Shown piece by piece: positions 1 through 9,727 of a DNA stretch of 64,000 bases. The DNA lies in IMG/VR virus record IMGVR_UViG_3300032050_000069. One strand, written 5' to 3'. The position numbers were made by a program, and so were the translations under genes. The notes under the pieces were generated by a model. That model worked only from the letters and a program-made list of their open reading frames with translations. It was not told the origin of the DNA and did not search any database. How positions within the stretch are numbered: the stretch's first letter is position 1; every line of letters begins with the position of its first letter. Origin of the DNA: a virus (Duplodnaviria; Heunggongvirae; Uroviricota; Caudoviricetes).

Positions 1-222
1 CAAGTTTGTGCCAATTGTGGATACGATGAACCCCGTATAACCGATGGTAAAGTTCCACTTCTTTTGGATTATATGGATGGAAATCGAAAAAATCACAAAT
101 GGGATAATCTTCGAATGTTATGTTACAATTGTTGGTTTCAAATAAATGGAGACCTATTTGGAAAGGCGATGAGGAACGTAAAAAAAGATGCGTGGGATTA
201 TCAATACATACACAAATAAGAT

Positions 223-1032
223 ATGAGTTATTACGGTTACGAAAGGGTTTATATCAATGGTTGTTCTCATTCACAAGGTGGGGGGTTAGAAGGGCCTGAA
301 TTAAGGGATGATTCGGTATTCCCTTTATACAAAGAAAAGTATGGAGTGGAGAAGTGGGATGATAGAACCCGTTTGAATTTTGGACACCACTTATCTGAAT
401 TGATTGGGATTCCACACCTCAATGAAGCGGAGAGTGGTGGTGGAACTGAAAGGGTGGTACGAATGGCGTATAATTGGTTATTAGATAATTGGGAAATTAG
501 GGATAAGGTAATTCTTATATTAGAAAATCCTGATCCATCCCGTTTTGAAGTTTATTATAGACCGGTTGGGGAATACTTTATACTCAATACAAATATAAAT
601 GCGGAGGAGGGTAGTGGCGAATTCGTATCATCTACTCGCAAATACTATGGTAGCGAAACTTCTAATGAGGATAAAATGATAGAACCTATTTTTATGAAGT
701 GGTTTAACAATCATGCAAATATAAGGGAAAATTGGAAAAGAATTGAAAGGGATTTTGTGGGGTTGTATTCGTTTTGTAAGTGGAATGGTATAAAAATTTT
801 TGTAATGACGGGTAATAGTGTTACATTTAAGGAATGTTTTGATAAAGAGGATATAATTAAATTTGGTAATGATGAAAAAAATTACGACATTTGTAGTTGG
901 GCGATTGATAACCGAAAAACTATATCCGATGAATTAGATGGTAAATCCGCAGATAGACATCCAGGTTATTTTGGACACAAAGAATATGCAGAATTATTAA
1001 AAGTGTTTTTAGATAAAAGATTAAATAAATAA
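223..1032 (+). CDS. hypothetical protein; member of a 6-copy paralog family, putative SGNH/GDSL-like hydrolase
   Basis: 269-aa ORF. N-terminal YINGCSHSQGGGL block resembles the GDSFTWGQG / GCSFT blocks of ORFs at 35145, 39725, 41926, 42563, 45964. Hydrolase assignment is motif-level inference only. Confidence 0.35.
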   Translation: MSYYGYERVYINGCSHSQGGGLEGPELRDDSVFPLYKEKYGVEKWDDRTRLNFGHHLSELIGIPHLNEAESGGGTERVVRMAYNWLLDNWEIRDKVILILENPDPSRFEVYYRPVGEYFILNTNINAEEGSGEFVSSTRKYYGSETSNEDKMIEPIFMKWFNNHANIRENWKRIERDFVGLYSFCKWNGIKIFVMTGNSVTFKECFDKEDIIKFGNDEKNYDICSWAIDNRKTISDELDGKSADRHPGYFGHKEYAELLKVFLDKRLNK

Positions 1033-1411
1033 TATATGGAACAGGGATTAAGTTTTATAGCAGTCATTGCCTTATGTATGATAGGGTTATGGTTGGATTC
1101 TCCTCAATGGTTTGGGGTGGCATTTGTTAGCGGTGTAACCTATTTGTTATTGAGAGGTAAGAAAAAAGGTTGGAATTGGAAACGATAAAATTAAAAATTA
1201 TGAAAAAATTATTAGAAAAAATCAGAACCCTATTGGGTATTAAAACAAAGGCCGAAAAGGAGAAAGAAAAGAGAAAGGCTGAATTAGAAGCAGAATTCCA
1301 AAAGAAATTAGAGGAATTAAGAAAAAGAGACCCATTCATTTATCATAACAGATAATTTGGTGGTCTCAAAAATAATTCGTATATTTGAGGAAACAATTTA
1401 AAAACAAAATT

Positions 1412-1633
1412 ATGGCAAAGTTTTTCGAAGTACAGGTTACAGTTCACCACGAAGTTGATGGTGGCAAAGGTGGAACAAAGATTAAGAAAGTAAAAGAAAA
1501 TTATTTAGTAGATGCGATGACAGTTACTGAAGCGGAAGCAAGAGTAGTAAAACAATTTGAAGATTCAGGTGTTCAATTGGATTACGAAGTAACTGGTGCA
1601 AGGGAATCAAAAATTATTCAAGTAATTGATTAA
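1412..1633 (+). CDS. hypothetical small protein
   Basis: ORF track starts at a TTG (1385). First ATG is 1412 (MAKFFEVQ), 25 nt downstream of a TTCGTATATTTG promoter-like motif. Confidence 0.3.
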   Translation: MAKFFEVQVTVHHEVDGGKGGTKIKKVKENYLVDAMTVTEAEARVVKQFEDSGVQLDYEVTGARESKIIQVID

Positions 1634-1884
1634 TGGAAACTGAAATCAAAGAACAAAAGGAACTAATTCTTAAAAGAGTTCCACCTGGTGATAGATGGGT
1701 ATTCGCTAATGCTAATTCAAATAGTATAGTGTATCCATCTCTTACTGATGGTTTAGAAGCTTGGTTTCAGGCTAATGGTCACACTCAATTCTATATCGAT
1801 GCACGAAAGGGAGCTGTGGAAATTGTTCAACAAAAGGAAGTAGAAAAACCTATTACGAAGTATTCTTTATATGGAGAAGACTAA
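1633..1884 (+). CDS. hypothetical protein
   Basis: 83-aa ORF abutting the previous stop (ATGA-type junction), same strand. Confidence 0.3.
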   Translation: METEIKEQKELILKRVPPGDRWVFANANSNSIVYPSLTDGLEAWFQANGHTQFYIDARKGAVEIVQQKEVEKPITKYSLYGED

Positions 1885-2326
1885 AACATTAGTAATTTGT
1901 AGTGGGTATTTTAATCCGATTCATAAGGGACATATAGAATACTTAAAAAGAAGTAAGGAGTTAGGTGATTTTCTTTATGTAATTGTGAATAACGATTACC
2001 AAAGAGAAATGAAAGGTAGTAGACCTTTTATGGAAGCCGATGAAAGAAAACTAATTGTAGAATCTTTGGGATTTGTTGATAGAGCTATGGTGGCGATTGA
2101 TGAAGAAAAAACCGTCAATCGTAGTATCAAATGGATTATGATGAATATTGGAAAAGAATTTAATCGTTATATATTTGCTAATGGAGGTGATCAAAATCGA
2201 AACACAGTTGGTGAAACCAAATTGTGTGAAGAGTTGGGAATAGAATTGGCAGATGGATTGGGTGATAAAATTCAATCTTCATCAAAACTTATAAAAGATT
2301 CAGATGAGTTTTATAATAGGAAATAA
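1871..2326 (+). CDS. cytidylyltransferase-like nucleotidyltransferase (HxGH class, TagD / RfaE-domain-II-like)
   Basis: N-terminal LVICSGYFNPIHKGHIEYL block is the (T/H)xGH signature of the class-I nucleotidyltransferase fold. Size 151 aa fits a stand-alone cytidylyl/adenylyltransferase. Confidence 0.55.
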   Translation: MEKTKTLVICSGYFNPIHKGHIEYLKRSKELGDFLYVIVNNDYQREMKGSRPFMEADERKLIVESLGFVDRAMVAIDEEKTVNRSIKWIMMNIGKEFNRYIFANGGDQNRNTVGETKLCEELGIELADGLGDKIQSSSKLIKDSDEFYNRK

Positions 2327-2618
2327 ATGTGTAGATTGTTTAGATACCAGTTGTGTAAGCGTTTGCCCGATTGATTGTATTCATGGGCCCATTTATACAG
2401 ACCGAATGGGGTGGGAAGTATCTCAAATGAATGATGAAGATAAGAAGGGAAAACAACTATATATTAATCCTGCGGAGTGTATAAATTGTGGAGCGTGTGT
2501 ACCCGAATGCCCGGTTGATGCGATTTATTCCGATGAAAAGGAGGCGATTTCATTAGGAGACGAGGTATCGGTCCACAAAAACTATGAATTCTTTGGACAG
2601 TTTTATCAAAAAAAATAA
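2304..2618 (+). CDS. 2x[4Fe-4S] ferredoxin
   Basis: Two CxxCxxCxxxCP-type clusters: CVDCLDTSCVSVCP and CINCGACVPECP. Confidence 0.7.
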   Translation: MSFIIGNKCVDCLDTSCVSVCPIDCIHGPIYTDRMGWEVSQMNDEDKKGKQLYINPAECINCGACVPECPVDAIYSDEKEAISLGDEVSVHKNYEFFGQFYQKK

Positions 2619-2656
2619 TATATTTATATTTACAATTATAACTTAAAAACACAATT

Positions 2657-2959
2657 ATGACAACGTTTATTTTAATTTTAGTTTTAGTAACAATCGCAGC
2701 AGGTACTGTAATCTTTCTTCAAAAATCTGGTAAAATTGCAGATAAAGATGGTGATTTAATACCTGATGTAGTAGAAGAGAAAGTTGAAGAGGTAAAGGAA
2801 GTTGTTAAAGAAGTAAAGACTAGAGCAAAAAAAGTAGCAACCGAAGTAGGTGATGTAGCCAAAGCTGTAAAAGAAGTGGCGAAACAATCTAAAGATGTAG
2901 TAAATGCTGCAAAAACTTCAACTGGTGCTCGTAGAGGAAGAAAACCTGCTCAAAAATAA
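2657..2959 (+). CDS. small membrane-anchored K/E/V-rich protein
   Basis: N-terminal hydrophobic helix (FILILVLVTIAAGTVIFL) followed by a charged low-complexity tail. Confidence 0.3.
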   Translation: MTTFILILVLVTIAAGTVIFLQKSGKIADKDGDLIPDVVEEKVEEVKEVVKEVKTRAKKVATEVGDVAKAVKEVAKQSKDVVNAAKTSTGARRGRKPAQK

Positions 2960-2976
2960 TAATTTAAATCTATAAG

Positions 2977-4236
2977 GTGGGGTTAGTAAATGAGGCTTTC
3001 TGCCTTGCTCCGTGGATACATACATATAATGGAACATTAGGAGAAAGGAGAGTATGTTGTATTTCATCATTAGAATTAGGAAAGGGTTCAACTCTTTCCG
3101 ATTCCTTTAATGGGGATGAAATAAGACAGCTGAGAAAGGATATGATTGCGGGAAAACAAATAGAATCCTGTAATCTATGTAATAACCAACCTTATGAAAA
3201 CACTTACAAATTTCATTTTAACGGTAATTACAAATACCTAATAGATGAAGTTATAAATAATACAAAAGAAGATGGGACTTATACAGGTCTTCCCATCACA
3301 TTTGATTACCGAAATGATTTATGCAATTTAAAATGTAGAATATGTGGTAGTTCTGCATCATCATCAATCAGAGCAGAATTCACTAAATTCGGTAATTATC
3401 AAAAGGAATCGGAATTACTTTCCGGCACCGAATCCCGCAATCTTTCGGAACTTCAATTAGAAGAAATGTTATTCCTAATTGAAAATACCGATATAAAAGA
3501 AATCTATTGGGCGGGAGGAGAACCTCTTTTCAATATTAATCACTATAAGGTTTTAAACCGTCTTATTGAATTAGGAAAAACCAATGTATTCTTACGATAC
3601 AATACCAATTTTACTAACATTACATTTAGGGAGTTTAATTTTTTAGATATAATTGCTCACTTTGATAGAGTTCACTTTTATTTTTCGCAAGATGGTATAG
3701 GTGAAACTGCTGAGTATTTGAGATATGGACAGAATTTTTCCAAATGGGATTTTAACATTCAGCAAGTAGTAAAAATAAAAAAACCAAAATGGGAATTTTA
3801 TGTTCATTCTGTAATGACAATTCTCACTCTTTTAGATGTTGAAAAGATCATTGAATATGTTCACGAATATGAAAACATAGGAATTAGTTTTTTCAAATGT
3901 TTTTCTGATGAATATAAAGATATACTTACACCTGATTTTTACCCAAAAGAAATTATTACAAAAATAATTGAGGAGAAAATCCAAATTATAGATAATCAAT
4001 ATAGTGGAAGTAGAAAATTAGTTGCAGTAAACTTTTTGGAAAATATGTTAAAAACATTTAATCAAATAGAAAGGAGTGATATACAAACTAAACTTTCATT
4101 TGGTTATATAGATGATTTGGATAAATTGAGACCATACTCAAGAACATTTTCTGATTTTATAAAAGAAGGTAATAATGAACTTTTCCAATATTTAAGTAAA
4201 AGAAAAGCCGAAATTTCAGATAATGATAATAACTGA
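2977..4236 (+). CDS. radical SAM enzyme with N-terminal Cys-rich extension (paralog of 37335..38573)
   Basis: CNLKCRICG is a CxxxCxxC radical-SAM cluster motif. YWAGGEPLF is the glycine-rich SAM-binding motif. N-terminal CLAPW...RRVCC block is shared with the 37335 ORF (CVMPF...KPCC). Confidence 0.6.
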   Translation: MGLVNEAFCLAPWIHTYNGTLGERRVCCISSLELGKGSTLSDSFNGDEIRQLRKDMIAGKQIESCNLCNNQPYENTYKFHFNGNYKYLIDEVINNTKEDGTYTGLPITFDYRNDLCNLKCRICGSSASSSIRAEFTKFGNYQKESELLSGTESRNLSELQLEEMLFLIENTDIKEIYWAGGEPLFNINHYKVLNRLIELGKTNVFLRYNTNFTNITFREFNFLDIIAHFDRVHFYFSQDGIGETAEYLRYGQNFSKWDFNIQQVVKIKKPKWEFYVHSVMTILTLLDVEKIIEYVHEYENIGISFFKCFSDEYKDILTPDFYPKEIITKIIEEKIQIIDNQYSGSRKLVAVNFLENMLKTFNQIERSDIQTKLSFGYIDDLDKLRPYSRTFSDFIKEGNNELFQYLSKRKAEISDNDNN

Positions 4237-4972
4237 TTTCCTTCATAATAATAAGAATCACAAAGAATTAAATCAACTTTGGAATAATTCCACACCATTT
4301 CCTAATTTAGAATTTAAGAATTTTTTGAGTGATGAAATGGTAGTTTCGATGAAAAACGAAATTACAGATTCTTATAGAAAGCATAACCATTTACTCAAAA
4401 ACTTTACCCGAAATGGTTCTCATATGGTTGAGTTATGTGAAGCGGGTGATGTTTGCCCAATAGCACATCAACTTATTGGGGATTTACATTCAAAGTATTT
4501 TATAGATTGGTTGGAAAGAGTTACGGGAATAGATGGATTGATACCCGATCCGTGGCTTGTAGGAGCATCTTATATGAGATGTTATAGAGGTGATTCATTG
4601 CAAGTCCATTCTGATTTTAATTGGAATGAAAAGCTAAAACTTCATAGAAAATTAACATTAGTAATTTACCTAAATCCTGAATGGGAAGAAAATTGGAATG
4701 GTGATATACAATTGTGGGATAAAGATAGAACACACTGCGTTCAAAAATACTATCCTACTAATGGAAACCTCGTTTTATGGGAGTATTCCAAATACGCTTT
4801 TCATGGACACCCACATCCACTAAATTGCCCAGAACACATAACAAGAGATGGAATTAGATTATTTTATTATATATCTGATGCTGAACACAAATCAGATGAC
4901 CCTCCACACCGTTCACTTTATTGGTTCGATGAAAAAACTAAAGAACCTTTCGATAAAAAGAAATCCTTTTAA
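4223..4972 (+). CDS. possible 2OG-Fe(II) oxygenase-like protein
   Basis: LQVHSDF (HxD) and downstream His residues spaced as in the double-stranded beta-helix facial triad. Weak motif-only call. Confidence 0.3.
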   Translation: MIITDFLHNNKNHKELNQLWNNSTPFPNLEFKNFLSDEMVVSMKNEITDSYRKHNHLLKNFTRNGSHMVELCEAGDVCPIAHQLIGDLHSKYFIDWLERVTGIDGLIPDPWLVGASYMRCYRGDSLQVHSDFNWNEKLKLHRKLTLVIYLNPEWEENWNGDIQLWDKDRTHCVQKYYPTNGNLVLWEYSKYAFHGHPHPLNCPEHITRDGIRLFYYISDAEHKSDDPPHRSLYWFDEKTKEPFDKKKSF

Positions 4973-5086
4973 TATTTATTTAAGATAAAGATTATATATT
5001 TATAGTTGTAAGAAATAAGTTTCCTTAAATAGTTTCATAAATTGTTATAGTAATCGGAAAAATAGGTTTCCATAACAAAAATTTAT

Positions 5087-5740
5087 ATGAAACAAAAGGT
5101 CTATTTATTAGTCGATACTCTATCGGATAAATTATTATCAGCATTTTTACGATTAGCCCTACTTTGGGTATTCGTTGCACTCTCAATTCAGGTTTTTTTC
5201 GTTAGTTTAACCTTTATGGGTAAGGATGATTTAATTCGAACTTACTCCAATTGGTTTACTCATACTTTCGATGGTAATTTCAAAAACTCACCCGGTAACA
5301 TTTGGTATAATGAAGATGAGCATATATGGGTTGAGAGCGTTACCAATAATGTTAAGATAGGAAATTTAGCCGGCAATAAAAATTTAGAGTTCGGTGTAAA
5401 GAATATATTAGAAGAGTATTTGCAAGAAAAAGGTTATAACCTATCCCCATCAGCAGTAAACAAATTACAGGTTCAAATTGTATTTTTAGATGTATTAACA
5501 ACTAAAAAGAACATTTCTGTTTTCCACTCCAATGAGGAAGAGGTTGTAATAAGATTAAAAGGTATTTTATTTAAAGATGGTAAGAAGGTAAAAGAAATAG
5601 TGGTTGAGGAATCATCTTCCGAAATTTCAATGTCCACCTTAATTGTAGATCAAGGTGGTAAATTTAACCAAACTTCTTTAAGCAATGCATTGAAGAAAGG
5701 TTGCGATAAACTTGTAACCAAATTATTTTCAACCAAATAA
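5087..5740 (+). CDS. membrane-anchored hypothetical protein
   Basis: 217-aa ORF with one N-terminal TM segment (LALLWVFVALSIQVFFVSL). Confidence 0.3.
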   Translation: MKQKVYLLVDTLSDKLLSAFLRLALLWVFVALSIQVFFVSLTFMGKDDLIRTYSNWFTHTFDGNFKNSPGNIWYNEDEHIWVESVTNNVKIGNLAGNKNLEFGVKNILEEYLQEKGYNLSPSAVNKLQVQIVFLDVLTTKKNISVFHSNEEEVVIRLKGILFKDGKKVKEIVVEESSSEISMSTLIVDQGGKFNQTSLSNALKKGCDKLVTKLFSTK

Positions 5741-5742
5741 AA

Positions 5743-7428
5743 ATGAAAAAAATCGTATTAGGGTTAATATTATTAGTATTAACTTCTCCACTTTTTGCAC
5801 AATTAACCGTTAATAGAACTATTTTACCGACAACTGGCCCATATAGAGTAGGTGATACTTTGACGGTAAAATATGTTATAGATAGAGGAGCTAATCCTGC
5901 AACTACTCCACGTTATTTTTGGTTAAGATACCAATATAGTAATAAGGCATTATTGCTATTACCAAATACTACAATTTATTCGCAGGGTAATTCAGTTCAA
6001 ACATATTCTACTGAATGGGCTAACTTTAAATTTACACCTAATACCGCTAATAGTTTAAGTGCAAATTCACTTTATGCACAATACCAATCATCACCTTGGA
6101 ATTTTGTAGCCAATACTAATTTTAATGTTGGGCAATTAACAATACAAAGAACTGATGCAAGTATTAGTGGTGAATTCGTATCTCAAAAATTTATTATTAA
6201 AGATAATGTATCCTACGAAGATATACATAATTTAATATTAGCATATTCAATAGATGCAAGTTCTGCTTATATATCTCCTATAACAACTACCGGAAATGTT
6301 ATATCGTTAGGTAATGTAGCAGGTGGTTCATCTTCTTTCAAAGTAAAGGTGGCATTCCCTTCTACATATACAACGATTACCGAACATAAAGTTCAGTTAA
6401 TGAAATTGAAAACTGATGGTAGTGGAGGAATAGATTGGTCACAACAACCAATTGCACAATTACCATTAGATGCGACAGGAGAAGCGACGTTTACAACACT
6501 TAAAATTGGTGATTCAGTTGGTGTATTTGTTGGCCCTACCCTTAACAAAACATTTATGAATAATATAGTAACGGTATCAGATGCGTATAAATCATTTTTA
6601 GCCGTTTCTCAAACAGATATAAATGGTAACCCAACATACTTTACTTATCCAAATTTGGAAAAAAATGTTGGAAACATTACTAAAACCGATAATGTATTTA
6701 ATGAATCAGATTCTTACTATATGTTTGCATATATAATGGGAATAAATGTAGATTCAAATGCTATGTTACCTTCAAGTACCGCAACTACTGTAAAATGGCA
6801 AAGTGGATTATTGAATCAAAGTTGGTTAAATGGAGTTCCGACAAATAAAGTATTAATTACATCTAACACTCAAACCGCTAACGCAGTATTTGCTTGGGGT
6901 GGTGATTTAAACTGGTCACACTCAACCGATCCGGCAGTTGTGGCACAAAATATAGCAAACAATACAAATGTAACTAATTCCTTAAACAAAACATCATTTG
7001 GTATTTCATCTATGGCTGTAAATTCAACAAGCAATGTTGGATTATATCAAACAAAAGAATACGAAAAAGCAACATTAAGTGTATCTTCTAAATTGGAAGG
7101 TGGTAAAGTAGTATTAACTACAAACTTAACAAAAGCGGATTTAGCAGGATTGGAAGTGATACTACAATATGATGAAACCAAATTATCGTTGGATAACATA
7201 GTATTTGATGCGGGTTCTACCATTACTAATTTTTCAACAAATAAAGATGGTAGATTAACATTTGGTTCTATTGACCAATTAAAAACTGCAAGAATTAAAA
7301 CTGGAACACCATACAAATTAATTTTTACACCAAAAACTAATTTAACAAATACAGCGGGATTATTCTACTTTGTATTATCAGATGCAGTAGATGCTGCTGG
7401 AAATAAGATAGATTTAATAGTAGAATAA
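5743..7428 (+). CDS. secreted large protein with cohesin-like C-terminal domain (possible virion or host-surface protein)
   Basis: Signal-peptide-like N-terminus MKKIVLGLILLVLTSPLFAQ. C-terminal segment LEVILQYDETKLSLDNIVFDAGSTITNFSTNKDGRLTF resembles cohesin domains and the C-terminus of the next ORF. Confidence 0.35.
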   Translation: MKKIVLGLILLVLTSPLFAQLTVNRTILPTTGPYRVGDTLTVKYVIDRGANPATTPRYFWLRYQYSNKALLLLPNTTIYSQGNSVQTYSTEWANFKFTPNTANSLSANSLYAQYQSSPWNFVANTNFNVGQLTIQRTDASISGEFVSQKFIIKDNVSYEDIHNLILAYSIDASSAYISPITTTGNVISLGNVAGGSSSFKVKVAFPSTYTTITEHKVQLMKLKTDGSGGIDWSQQPIAQLPLDATGEATFTTLKIGDSVGVFVGPTLNKTFMNNIVTVSDAYKSFLAVSQTDINGNPTYFTYPNLEKNVGNITKTDNVFNESDSYYMFAYIMGINVDSNAMLPSSTATTVKWQSGLLNQSWLNGVPTNKVLITSNTQTANAVFAWGGDLNWSHSTDPAVVAQNIANNTNVTNSLNKTSFGISSMAVNSTSNVGLYQTKEYEKATLSVSSKLEGGKVVLTTNLTKADLAGLEVILQYDETKLSLDNIVFDAGSTITNFSTNKDGRLTFGSIDQLKTARIKTGTPYKLIFTPKTNLTNTAGLFYFVLSDAVDAAGNKIDLIVE

Positions 7429-7429
7429 T

Positions 7430-9727
7430 ATGAAAAAACTATTTGTTACAACTATACTTTTATTAATTTCTTTTTTTGGGTTTGGGCAGTCAATAACGAC
7501 ACCCGAACCCAAAACATTTACACTTAATACTGCTGGACAAGATGCTAGTGGTTTTGTGTTAAGTGGATTTGGTGCAACCGAAACTCTATTAGTTGCAATC
7601 GGATTACCAACTGCACCAACCGGCACAACTTTTTATATGACCCGATTTGATGGTATGACACCAGCAACGGGTTTTAATTTTAGTGGTAATAAGACCCGTT
7701 TAGTTTTTACCGGAACAATGGAAGGCATTAACATCGCATTATCTACCTTAAAAATAAACACAACGGGAACTGCCGGTAACATACAAATATCTGTATCAGC
7801 AACCGTAAATCCTTCGGGTTATTTCTACAATCCAAACAATGGACACTTTTATAGACCAATATCAACGGGAGCAACTTATACAAATGCAAAAACATTATCA
7901 TCACAACAAACATTTAAAGGTCAAACTGGATATCTTGTAACAATAACTTCTGCGGATGAAGATGCTTTTATTTTTAATAATGTACCACAAAGTAATATAT
8001 GGTTTGCATTAACAGATGAAGTGACAGAAGCTCAATGGAAAATAGATGCGGGTCCTGAGGCTGGAACTCTTATCAAAACATCAAATGGACAAACCGCAGG
8101 AAACATACAAGGTCAATACAATAACTGGGCAGGTGGTGAACCAAATAACAGTGGTAACGAAGATTACGCTGTAACTAAATGGGGTGGTGGTTCTCAATGG
8201 AACGATTTACCAAACCATTTCAGTTGTGCTTATGTAATTGAATTTGGAACTTGGACAAATCCCGATGACCAGACATTTACTGAATTCGTTTCTAATAGTG
8301 TTATACATTCAAACGGAAACACATTAAGAGCACAATTCACATTTAATTTCGGAAGTAATATAGATGAAACTAAATTTAAATCAAAAATTATAACATCCAC
8401 CGATGATATAACATACAATACAAACAATGCTTTAGTTGCACTTAATGGTATTGGTAGAGTAGATTTAACATCACAAATAGATACCTCAACAATTGTAGGT
8501 AGTGGATTTAAAGCAACAATCAATCCAGGTCAGGTTGAGTATTCATATACAAATCCAAATGCAAGTTGGTTAGGTGGTAATTCTCGATTACTAATTGATA
8601 TGAGAACATTTGGTAGCACTGTTCCTTCAACAATTACAAATGTAAAAATATTTGATGCTTATGATGGACCGGTAACTTTTATAAGTAGTGATGCGGCTTG
8701 GGCTCAGTATAATGTTCCTTCACCACTTACAAAAATAACCGATGGAACATCTGCTTTTAACGCTAATATAAGAAATGTAAATGGATGGAATACCGATTAT
8801 GCTTTTACATCAAATCCAACATTTGGACAAAATCGAATAAACAAATACCATAAAATTTCTATGGAGATTACACAAAGTGATTTACTTACCTTATTGGGAA
8901 GTGTGATTACTGTTGGTGATGTTTATTTGGCATTTAAAGAATTTGCAGATAGGGGTATATTAGGAGATGAAAGTAAGTATTTTACTTCTGGTATTCAATT
9001 TCATAATGCGGATGTAAATGATGATGGGGTATTTGATGAGAGAGATTGTTACACATTATTAACACATTTGCAAGGCACAACTTCTTTATGGCCAAATCCA
9101 CCGGCATTAGGTGATATAATGAAGATTGTAACATCAACGGCGTATGATGGTATTACAAAACAAAATTGGAATACATACACAGGAATTACGAGATATAGAT
9201 ACCCATTCGCGTTTGCAAGTGGTATTCTAAATTCATATAATTTAGATGTTACTTGGAAGGGTGATGTAAACCTTTCTCATTCTTCTCAACCAACAGGATT
9301 TGTAACATCAGCAAATAGTTCAGTTTCAGAAATAAAATCTATGGCTGTATCATCTAATTCAATAGGAGATGTTGAAGCAGAAATTATGATGGAAAAAGTT
9401 GGTGATAGTGTTATTGCAACAATTGAATTAAATCCAAATGGTAATCAAATAGGAGCAACTCAATTTGATATGTTTTTTGATAATTCAGTATTAGAATTTA
9501 GTTCAATACAATTTAGTAATACCAATTCTACAAACTTCGGTAGGAATAACGGCTCAACCATCAGCATTGGTAGTTTAAATACCTCTGGTGGAACGATTTC
9601 TAATATAGGGTATAAAGTTACATTTAAACCAAAGACAACCGTTACAAACCTATTAGGATTGATTTCTGTAAAAAGTGTTGAAACTCTTAATACATCATTA
9701 AATAAAATAAATGTAAAAGTATTGTAA
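7430..9727 (+). CDS. secreted large protein with C-type-lectin-like domain, dockerin-like Ca-binding motif and cohesin-like C-terminal domain
   Basis: Signal peptide. WFALTDE...WKIDAG...NNWAGGEPNNSGNEDYAVTKWGGGSQWNDLPN carries the CTLD WIGL-like / GEPNN / WND motifs. DVNDDGVFDERDCYTLLTHL is dockerin-repeat-like. C-terminus is homologous to the C-terminus of the 5743 ORF. Confidence 0.45.
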   Translation: MKKLFVTTILLLISFFGFGQSITTPEPKTFTLNTAGQDASGFVLSGFGATETLLVAIGLPTAPTGTTFYMTRFDGMTPATGFNFSGNKTRLVFTGTMEGINIALSTLKINTTGTAGNIQISVSATVNPSGYFYNPNNGHFYRPISTGATYTNAKTLSSQQTFKGQTGYLVTITSADEDAFIFNNVPQSNIWFALTDEVTEAQWKIDAGPEAGTLIKTSNGQTAGNIQGQYNNWAGGEPNNSGNEDYAVTKWGGGSQWNDLPNHFSCAYVIEFGTWTNPDDQTFTEFVSNSVIHSNGNTLRAQFTFNFGSNIDETKFKSKIITSTDDITYNTNNALVALNGIGRVDLTSQIDTSTIVGSGFKATINPGQVEYSYTNPNASWLGGNSRLLIDMRTFGSTVPSTITNVKIFDAYDGPVTFISSDAAWAQYNVPSPLTKITDGTSAFNANIRNVNGWNTDYAFTSNPTFGQNRINKYHKISMEITQSDLLTLLGSVITVGDVYLAFKEFADRGILGDESKYFTSGIQFHNADVNDDGVFDERDCYTLLTHLQGTTSLWPNPPALGDIMKIVTSTAYDGITKQNWNTYTGITRYRYPFAFASGILNSYNLDVTWKGDVNLSHSSQPTGFVTSANSSVSEIKSMAVSSNSIGDVEAEIMMEKVGDSVIATIELNPNGNQIGATQFDMFFDNSVLEFSSIQFSNTNSTNFGRNNGSTISIGSLNTSGGTISNIGYKVTFKPKTTVTNLLGLISVKSVETLNTSLNKINVKVL

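Noticed and set aside
1127-1339. Minus-strand 70-aa ORF and + strand 61-aa K/E-rich ORF 1170..1355
   Set aside because: The minus ORF is a shadow with a hydrophobic junk composition. The + ORF 1170..1355 is possible (coiled-coil K/E-rich), but it has no clear start context and overlaps the promoter region, so it was not called.
7430-9727. Diversity-generating retroelement targeting the C-type lectin domain
   Set aside because: No reverse transcriptase ORF and no second near-identical copy of the CTLD region (template repeat) is visible in this window. Left as a question for the rest of the genome.
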